Part shown: positions 25,192-32,000 of the stretch, piece after piece
Layout: every line of letters begins with the position of its first letter
How positions within the stretch are numbered: the stretch's first letter is position 1
Source: Pseudoalteromonas tetraodonis
Lineage (GTDB): Bacteria; Pseudomonadota; Gammaproteobacteria; Enterobacterales; Alteromonadaceae
NCBI RefSeq assembly: GCF_002310835.1
Contig: NZ_CP011041.1
Coordinates: 2,880,001 to 2,912,000 of the forward strand
Length of the DNA: 32,000 bases
Direction of reading: 5' to 3'
Program-made: the position numbers and the translations under genes
Notes under the pieces: generated by a model
What the model was told of the DNA's origin: nothing
Databases searched by the model: none
What the model saw: only the letters and a program-made list of their open reading frames with translations

Positions 25192-28100
25192 TACTTTTTA
25201 GCTCCGCCTTAGAAAGCTCCTTGTTAAAGGCGTTTAATTCTGGCTTTTTAACGATTGAGTAAATTACTGGGAGCACAATAAGAGTGAGTAGCACAGCACT
25301 TGTCATTCCGCCTACCATAGGTGCAGCAATACGACTCATAATCTCCGAACCTGTTCCTGTACCATATAAAATGGGCATCAAGCCGATAATGATTGTTGCA
25401 ACTGTCATCATTACTGGACGAACTCGTAAGCCTGCACCGTGCAATAATGCATCTTGATATGCATCATCAGAGATAGGTTCAGCTCGCTCTTCAGCTTTTT
25501 CCTTAAGCTCAGCAAGTGCCTGATTGAGATAGACCAACATTATCACACCAATCTCAACCGCTACCCCAGCTAGAGCAATAAAGCCCACGCCAACAGCCAC
25601 AGAGAAGTTAAACCCTTCCAGATACATCAACCATAAGCCACCAATCATCGCCATCGGCAAGGTAACGATAATGATAGCCACCTCACTAAACGCTCTGAAG
25701 TTTAAGTAAAGTAGAATAACAATAATGGCGAGTGTTAAAGGCAATACATAGGTGAGCTTTTCTTTCGCTCTTTCCATATATTCGTATTGCCCAGCCCAAG
25801 TAATTGAATAACCTGCTGGTAGTTTTAGATTATTAGCCAAGTGTATTTTTGCACTTTCAACATAAGTACCTACGTCAACACCGTCTATATCGATAAACGT
25901 CCAGCCATTTAAACGAGCATTTTCACTCTTAATTCCCGGCGGACCGTTCTCAACTCGAATATCTGCGACATCACCTAGTGCAATGCGTTGACCACTTGGT
26001 GTTACAACAGGTAATCGTGATAGCTGCTCAGGAGAGTCTCGATAGTCTTGCGGATAGCGTAAGTTAACAGGGTAACGCTCTTGACCTTCTACCGTTTGGG
26101 TAACGTTCATACCACCAATAGCTGTAGAAACCACTTGTTGAACATCTTCGATGTTTAACCCAAAGCGACTTGCCTTATCGCGTGAAATATCAACCTTGAT
26201 ATATCGTCCACCTGCAACTCGCTCTGAGTAAACTGATGCTGTGCCTGTAACTTCGGGTAAAATTTGCTCTATTTGTTGGCCGATTTCCTGAATCACATCA
26301 AGCTCTGGTCCGGCGACTTTAATACCCACAGGCGTTTTTATGCCTGTTGCTAACATGTCGATTCGGGTCTTGATTGGCATAACCCAAGCATTCGTTAAGC
26401 CCGGAAACTTAACCAATTTATCAAACTCAGCTTTTAACGATTCAGTAGTCACACCCTCTCGCCACTGCTCTCGTGGCTTCAATTGAATAAAGGTTTCAAT
26501 CATGGTTAAAGGTGCAGGATCGGTTGCAGTTTCAGCTCTTCCTACTTTACCAAATACAGTTTCAACTTCTGGCACAGTGCGAATAAGCTTGTCTGTTTGC
26601 TGCAATAACTCCCTTGCTTTACCAATTGAAATACCGGGATAGGTAGTAGGCATATACATGAGATCGCCTTCATCCAATGGCGGAATGAATTCACTACCAA
26701 TTTTATCGACAGGCCAAAAGCCAACGATAGTCACTAATATTGCTGCTACTATTGTCGATTTTGGAAACTTCATGACTTGCTTTAAAACAGGCATGTAGAT
26801 AGCAATCAATAATCGGTTTAACGGGTTTTTCTTTTCAGAAACAACTTTGCCTCGAATAAAGTAGCCCATCAAAACAGGCACCAATGTGATCGCCAAACCT
26901 GCTGATGCCGCCATTGCATAGGTTTTTGTATAGGCGAGCGGAGAGAACATTCTTCCTTCTTGCGCTTCCAAGATAAATACAGGTAAGAATGAGACTGTAA
27001 TGATCAGTAAGCTAAAAAATAGTGCAGGGCCTACTTCACTCGCAGCCTTAGCAACAATTTGCCAGCGATTTTCATCTGTTAGTGGTGTTTTCTCCATATG
27101 CTTGTGCATATTTTCAATCATCACTATTGCACCATCAGTCATCGCACCAATCGCAATAGCGATACCGCCTAAAGACATAATGTTGGCATTGATGCCTTGC
27201 ATATACATGATAATGAACGACACCAAGATACCTAATGGCAGAGTAACAACTGCCACAATAGATGAGCGAAGATGAAATAGGAAAGCCACACAGACAATAG
27301 CAACGACTGCAAGCTCCTCTAGCAACTTGCTCCAAAGATTATCAACAGCACGATCTATTAACTTCGATCTGTCATAAACAGGGACAATCTCCACCCCCTC
27401 TGGTAGAGAAGATTTAAGCGATTCAAGTTTTTCTTTTACCCCGTTTATGGTTTGTTGAGCGTTTTCACCAAAGCGCATAACGACAACACCACCAACAACT
27501 TCGCCTTCACCATTAAGCTCTGCGATACCACGGCGCATTTGAGGCCCTAAATTAACGGTAGCAACATCACCAATACGCAATGGCGTGCCTTGTTCGTTAA
27601 TACCAAGTGGGATTTTCTCTATATCACTAACTGATTGAATATACCCCGTTGCGGTAACCATATATTCAGCTTCAGCCATTTCCACAACGGATGCGCCAGT
27701 TTCTTTGTTCCCTTTTTGTAAGGCTATTTGTATTAAACTTAGAGGAATATCGTAAGCTCTCAATTTATCAGGATCTACTTGCACTTGATACTGCTTAACC
27801 ATACCACCAACGGCGGCAACTTCGGACACGCCCGGAACAGTTTGTAGTTCATACTTTAAGAACCAGTCTTGAATGCTTCTTAATTGGCTTAGATCATGGT
27901 TTCCAGACTTATCTGTTAAAGCGTAAATGTATACCCAACCCACACCTGTTGCATCAGGTCCTAATTGAGGTTTTGCCGAATCAGGCAGGCTTGATGCTAC
28001 TTGGCTTAAGTATTCAAGTACTCTGCTTCTAGCCCAATACAAATCAGTATCGTCATCAAAAATAATGTAGACGTAGGAATCACCAAAAAATGAGTAACCA

Positions 28101-28348
28101 CGAACAGTTTGCGCCCCCGGCACTGATAACATCGCTGTAGTAAGAGGAAATGTCACTTGATCCTGCACTACTTGTGGTGCCTGTCCCGGATAGCTCGTCT
28201 TAATTATCACCTGCACATCAGAAAGATCGGGGAGTGCATCTACTGGTGTTTTTTGTAATGAATACAAACCACCAAACGCGATAATTAAGGTAATCAACAA
28301 AACAAAGAAACGATTGCCGATAGACCATCTAATAATTGATTCAATCAT
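25184..28348 (-). CDS. cusA: Cu(I)/Ag(I) efflux RND pump CusA
   Basis: The 1054-aa protein has the 12-TM RND architecture. Its TM4 motif is AIAIGAMTDGAIVMIEN (monovalent HME class). Its periplasmic Met-containing segment is PLDEGDLMYMPTTYPGISI, as in CusA. Confidence 0.92.
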   Translation of the reverse strand: MIESIIRWSIGNRFFVLLITLIIAFGGLYSLQKTPVDALPDLSDVQVIIKTSYPGQAPQVVQDQVTFPLTTAMLSVPGAQTVRGYSFFGDSYVYIIFDDDTDLYWARSRVLEYLSQVASSLPDSAKPQLGPDATGVGWVYIYALTDKSGNHDLSQLRSIQDWFLKYELQTVPGVSEVAAVGGMVKQYQVQVDPDKLRAYDIPLSLIQIALQKGNKETGASVVEMAEAEYMVTATGYIQSVSDIEKIPLGINEQGTPLRIGDVATVNLGPQMRRGIAELNGEGEVVGGVVVMRFGENAQQTINGVKEKLESLKSSLPEGVEIVPVYDRSKLIDRAVDNLWSKLLEELAVVAIVCVAFLFHLRSSIVAVVTLPLGILVSFIIMYMQGINANIMSLGGIAIAIGAMTDGAIVMIENMHKHMEKTPLTDENRWQIVAKAASEVGPALFFSLLIITVSFLPVFILEAQEGRMFSPLAYTKTYAMAASAGLAITLVPVLMGYFIRGKVVSEKKNPLNRLLIAIYMPVLKQVMKFPKSTIVAAILVTIVGFWPVDKIGSEFIPPLDEGDLMYMPTTYPGISIGKARELLQQTDKLIRTVPEVETVFGKVGRAETATDPAPLTMIETFIQLKPREQWREGVTTESLKAEFDKLVKFPGLTNAWVMPIKTRIDMLATGIKTPVGIKVAGPELDVIQEIGQQIEQILPEVTGTASVYSERVAGGRYIKVDISRDKASRFGLNIEDVQQVVSTAIGGMNVTQTVEGQERYPVNLRYPQDYRDSPEQLSRLPVVTPSGQRIALGDVADIRVENGPPGIKSENARLNGWTFIDIDGVDVGTYVESAKIHLANNLKLPAGYSITWAGQYEYMERAKEKLTYVLPLTLAIIVILLYLNFRAFSEVAIIIVTLPMAMIGGLWLMYLEGFNFSVAVGVGFIALAGVAVEIGVIMLVYLNQALAELKEKAEERAEPISDDAYQDALLHGAGLRVRPVMMTVATIIIGLMPILYGTGTGSEIMSRIAAPMVGGMTSAVLLTLIVLPVIYSIVKKPELNAFNKELSKAELKSNA

Positions 28349-28362
28349 TATTTTTCTCCCAC

Positions 28363-30105
28363 TTAATGATTAGAATGATCAACAGCAGCTTTATTTTCCT
28401 TGCCGTGTTGTTCATCTGATTCAAGAGAAATGTCAGTGATAACTAAGTCATCTCTAACCTCAAAAGTGAAAGTGACATTATCACCGACATTGAAATCAAC
28501 CATTTCTATATTGTCCGCGACGATAAAATCCATCGTCGCAGCAGGTCTATCCCATTTCTCTATTGGGCCTCTGCTAATATTTAGAATCCGTGTATCAATA
28601 TCAATCGCATTAATCAAACCAGATACTGTTGCTGATGATACTTCAGGCTCACTCATGATATGAATTCCAGTAATTTCATATCCACCGTCTTCGGTTTTGC
28701 TCACTTCAAAGTGCAAAGATTGACCTGACTTTAATGAGTCAATATCGACTTTTTCAGCCACAGTAAAATCCATAACCATTTCAGGCCAATCCCAAGCTTC
28801 AGCAGGGCCATGTGAAATATTAACCATGCGGTGCCCTGCCATAACACTATTAACATCCCCTTGCATCCAAACAGAGTTAGGCACTTCATCATGAGTCATT
28901 CGTTTAAAGTCAGAGCTTTTACTTGATTCAGAATCAATCAAGAATTGGGCAGATGTCACCACAACGTCATCTTCATTTAAGCCGTCTAATATTTCGATGC
29001 TGTCGATATCAACCCGGCCAATAGTCACTTCAATAGATTTAAATTGCCCATCACCTAACGCAAGTACTACTCTGTCCTGTTTACCTGTTCTAATAACGGC
29101 TTCTTTAGGCACGAGGATGGTGCTATCAGCTTGATTAGCGTGAATAGAGACTTGTGCAAACATATTTGGTTTTAATTGATAGTCTGTGTTATCAAATTTC
29201 AATCTCACTCGGAGTGTGCGTGTTTTACTGTTCAATGTTGGATAAACATAATCAACGACACCAGCCCAGTCCTCACCGGGTAAATAATCCAGTGTCATTG
29301 ATACAGGAAGTCCTTTTTTAATTAAGGCTGCGTCACGTTCAAACACTTCTGCTTCAACCCAAACTTGATCTAGCTGGCCAATGCTTAATAAGGTGTTTCC
29401 CGGCTTTACATAAAAACCTTCTCTAACCTTCAAACCATCGACAACACCTGCTTGTGGTGAATAAAAGGTAATTGCTTGCTGAACCTTTCGTGTCTTTTCT
29501 AGCTTTTGAACAAAGTCTGCTGAAAGCTGTAACGCTTTTAGGCGATCTTTGGCTGCTGAAATTAAAGAACTATTGTTGCGCTTTAACGCTATTAACAGCT
29601 CTTCCTGAGCATTAACTAACTGAGGAGAATATAGTGTATAAAGAGGCTGCCCTTTCTCTACAGGGTTACCTGCTGCTTTGATGTAAAGTTTATCAATCCA
29701 GCCATCAACCCGTGGGTGGATATGAATTAGCTTATCTTCATCATATTGAACATAACCTACCGTTGAGATTTCAGTATGCATATTTTTCAGTTCAACAGGT
29801 GCAGTGCGAACCCCAAGGTTATTCACTACATGAGGCGCAATTTTTACTGCTCCGGGGCCAAAGTCATCACCAGATGATCCTTCCTCATACACTGGAATTA
29901 GATCCATCCCCATAGGCGACTTACCGGGCTTGTCCCGGCGGTAATTAGAATCCATCGGTGCAACCCAATACAGAGGCTTTTTTTCTCCTGATGTTGCTTC
30001 ATTACTATTACTGTTTGAGCCAGTACCTTGATATAAACTCAATGCTCCAGCACCAAGTGCTGCCCCAATGATGATGGCAATAATTGTTTTTGTATTCGTT
30101 GACAT
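28363..30105 (-). CDS. cusB: CusB-type periplasmic adaptor fused to two C-terminal CusF-like domains
   Basis: The N-terminus has an anchor and YWVAPMDSNYRRDKPGKSPMGMDLIP. An MFP core covers aa ~90-395. Two ~70-aa CusF-like repeats follow: ...NISHGPAEAWDWPEMVMDF... (aa ~412-484) and ...NISRGPIEKWDRPAATMDF... (aa ~491-561). The tail is His-rich. Confidence 0.88.
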   Translation of the reverse strand: MSTNTKTIIAIIIGAALGAGALSLYQGTGSNSNSNEATSGEKKPLYWVAPMDSNYRRDKPGKSPMGMDLIPVYEEGSSGDDFGPGAVKIAPHVVNNLGVRTAPVELKNMHTEISTVGYVQYDEDKLIHIHPRVDGWIDKLYIKAAGNPVEKGQPLYTLYSPQLVNAQEELLIALKRNNSSLISAAKDRLKALQLSADFVQKLEKTRKVQQAITFYSPQAGVVDGLKVREGFYVKPGNTLLSIGQLDQVWVEAEVFERDAALIKKGLPVSMTLDYLPGEDWAGVVDYVYPTLNSKTRTLRVRLKFDNTDYQLKPNMFAQVSIHANQADSTILVPKEAVIRTGKQDRVVLALGDGQFKSIEVTIGRVDIDSIEILDGLNEDDVVVTSAQFLIDSESSKSSDFKRMTHDEVPNSVWMQGDVNSVMAGHRMVNISHGPAEAWDWPEMVMDFTVAEKVDIDSLKSGQSLHFEVSKTEDGGYEITGIHIMSEPEVSSATVSGLINAIDIDTRILNISRGPIEKWDRPAATMDFIVADNIEMVDFNVGDNVTFTFEVRDDLVITDISLESDEQHGKENKAAVDHSNH

Positions 30106-31532
30106 TATTTTTCTCCAAATTGCTGACTGGATAAGTGCTGATTAGTTTTGTGTGAAGTTTGCATCGACTTATGTTCAGCATTTGAGTTAGATTGAGAATG
30201 CGCAAAGAAATAGTTGATACGAGCAACTGTTTTAAGTGCGTCAACATCAATTCTTAAAGCTGATATTCTGGTATTTAATTCGGCAATTCTTGCTCGAACA
30301 ACTTCGGCAAAATCGCCATCATCATTTGTGTAGGCTGTCAATGACGCTTCTGCTTGGTCATGAGTTTGTTTAAGGAGTTGTTCTTGATAGATAGATTGTC
30401 TATCTGATAAGCGTTTAAGCTGTCTTAGTTCTTTTTCTAAAACACTGATCATTTGCTTTGTCAGTAATAGTTTCTCGGTTTTAATAGTCTCTGAATCTGC
30501 AATAGAAGCTGCAACTTGCTTATCTTGTCTGTTCTCGGTAAACAAGGGTAAATCAAACGTTACCCCAACAGAAAATAAATCAGCTCGGCTATCACCAGAG
30601 GGCATATTGTCGCGATAGGCATAACTAGCATTAACACCCCATTGCGGCTCATATTGCTGTTTGGCTAACTCAATTCCTTTTTCTGAAGCTTTGCGTTTTA
30701 TATCAATCGCAAGTATGGCTGGGTGATTCGAAAGCTCCTGAGCCAATAGATTTCTTGAGTAATTAGATGCTTTTAGGACTGTTGGATTATTCAATTGAAT
30801 CGAAGGCAATTCTTTTGAGACGCTAAACTCTAATGGTTGCGCGTCAAAGTTGAATGATTCATTCAAACGATCCGCATCGTAAATATGAAGCCACTCATTG
30901 AGACGAGCGATTGTCGTTTCTAGTTTCTGCTTTTGCGAAGTTAATCTGTCATCTAACTGCACGATTTCCAACTGAGCACGAATAACATCTTGCTGTCTAG
31001 TTTTACCAACAACGTTTGAATAGCTAGCTTTAGCCACTTCCGCCATCTGCTCAAAGAGAGACCAATCATCTTCAATCAATTTAATAGTTTGTTGGGCTAA
31101 GTAAGCATCTAACCAAAGTTGTGACACTTGGCTTTTCAACTTAGCTTTACGATCCTCTCGTAACAGTGGAAATTTCGTGGACTCAATTTGTAACTGGTCT
31201 TTCTTGATCTCTAGACTGTCGCCTCTCGGAAACATTTGAGAGACGCCAACCTTTAGCTGAGTCATTCCTTCCTGATCTAAATCCCAAGTATCTGTTGGTA
31301 AATTCATTATCCCTAGCGATACTTTCGGATCAGGCAAAGTACCTGAAGCAATACTTCTATTTTCAACTGCACTTTGTTTCAATCGGCTACCATGAAGCCA
31401 AGGATCATTTTGCTGAGCTAAGGTGATAGCTTGTTCAAGCGACACTACTTTCTCAGCTTGAGCTGAGAATACAGATAAGCCGAGTATTAATGCAGTTGAA
31501 AGTGAAGTAAGGTTTGAAGAGTTCAATTTCAT
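30105..31532 (-). CDS. cusC: Outer membrane efflux protein CusC (TolC/OMF family)
   Basis: The 475-aa protein has a signal peptide (…LGLSVFSAQA/EK) and OMF two-repeat sequence. TAATG one-nt overlaps occur at both ends, with copG and with cusB. Confidence 0.85.
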   Translation of the reverse strand: MKLNSSNLTSLSTALILGLSVFSAQAEKVVSLEQAITLAQQNDPWLHGSRLKQSAVENRSIASGTLPDPKVSLGIMNLPTDTWDLDQEGMTQLKVGVSQMFPRGDSLEIKKDQLQIESTKFPLLREDRKAKLKSQVSQLWLDAYLAQQTIKLIEDDWSLFEQMAEVAKASYSNVVGKTRQQDVIRAQLEIVQLDDRLTSQKQKLETTIARLNEWLHIYDADRLNESFNFDAQPLEFSVSKELPSIQLNNPTVLKASNYSRNLLAQELSNHPAILAIDIKRKASEKGIELAKQQYEPQWGVNASYAYRDNMPSGDSRADLFSVGVTFDLPLFTENRQDKQVAASIADSETIKTEKLLLTKQMISVLEKELRQLKRLSDRQSIYQEQLLKQTHDQAEASLTAYTNDDGDFAEVVRARIAELNTRISALRIDVDALKTVARINYFFAHSQSNSNAEHKSMQTSHKTNQHLSSQQFGEK

Positions 31533-32000
31533 TAGAATTGCTCCTCGTATGTCTTAACTTTTGCATAGACTTTGCTCGTTCCATCTTTAAATAGAATTAA
31601 CACGTTGTATGGCATAAAGCGGTCATCGACTTCCATACCGGGAGAGCCAACTGGCATTGCTGGAACTGAAAGCCCAATCGCATTGGGATGTTCTTCTGAT
31701 AAGAACTGCTGAATAAATTTAGCAGGTATATGACCTTCAAAGGCAAATCCATTTCTACTCACTGCCGTGTGGCATGAACGGTAATTAGGTTTGATACCAT
31801 ACTTAGTTTTGATGTTGCCGATGTTTCGGAAATCTTTGGAATGCGCAACGATCCCTTTGTCTTCAATATGAGTTATCCATTTTTTACAACACCCACAAGT
31901 AGGGGTTTTATAAACGATTAACTCCAAAGGTGTTACGTCGTTATTGTGTGCATGGTTATGTTCGTTGGCGTTTGCAAACGCAGGTGAAAGCAGCATTACT
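31532..32000 (-). CDS. copG: DUF411 (CopG-family) periplasmic metal-binding protein, 5'-partial at the window edge
   Basis: The motif YKTPTCGCCKKWITHIE is the CxCC motif of DUF411/CopG, followed by ...SVPAMPVGSPGME. The frame remains open to nt 32000, and the visible N-terminus (LLSPAFANA) looks like the end of a signal peptide, so the true start lies outside the window. Confidence 0.8.
   Translation of the reverse strand, partial: VMLLSPAFANANEHNHAHNNDVTPLELIVYKTPTCGCCKKWITHIEDKGIVAHSKDFRNIGNIKTKYGIKPNYRSCHTAVSRNGFAFEGHIPAKFIQQFLSEEHPNAIGLSVPAMPVGSPGMEVDDRFMPYNVLILFKDGTSKVYAKVKTYEEQF

Noticed and set aside
30008-30250. 80-aa minus-strand ORF spanning the cusC/cusB junction
   Set aside because: It is out of frame with both well-supported genes, and the TAATG coupling of those genes leaves no room for it. 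It has no motifs.

Overview
This window is a densely packed, mosaic heavy-metal resistance island from an AT-rich Gram-negative genome or plasmid that looks gammaproteobacterial. All calls come from reading the ORF translations and the DNA by eye; no searches were run.

Layout:
- (1) 2-8695: a Zn/Cd/Co-type module. It holds a 5'-partial HMA-CDF-like transporter, czcI-like, czcC, czcB and czcA (+ strand). A bidirectional terminator follows. A convergent operon of a transglutaminase-like gene plus czcD is driven from a MerR-type dyad shared with a divergent cadR.
- (2) 8696-9842: a decay zone or module junction. It holds a degraded GDCCVxC-type gene, a resolvase pseudogene with an in-frame TAG and a 3' truncation, a res-like array of half-sites, and a 5'-truncated second cadR-like fragment.
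- (3) 10018-11272: a translationally coupled pair, a 3-TM/DUF305 protein and a glutaredoxin-MauE fusion.
- (4) 11489-16878 (- strand): a MerR-controlled operon. Gene order is MerR, Cu(I) P1B-ATPase, anchored cupredoxin, DUF2933, ICMT-type methyltransferase, Met/His-rich periplasmic protein, HMA-like protein, and possibly a lipoprotein.
- (5) 17104-32000 (- strand): an orphan CzcI-like Cys/His-rich gene preceded by a heptanucleotide repeat, then a roughly 14-kb run of overlapping or near-abutting genes. The order is copG(DUF411), cusC, cusB-CusF-CusF, cusA, PepSY-TM, PepSY-TM/NqrF-like reductase, copC, copD, a secreted NTF2-like protein, pcoA and pcoB.

The most interesting candidate for an undescribed system is the PepSY-TM pair carrying an NqrF-like 2Fe-2S/FAD/NAD(P)H module, wedged between cusA and copC. 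It may be a transmembrane metal reductase. The second candidate is the ATPase-cupredoxin-DUF2933-ICMT-Met-rich-HMA-like operon. No rRNA, tRNA, CRISPR array or intact transposase was seen.
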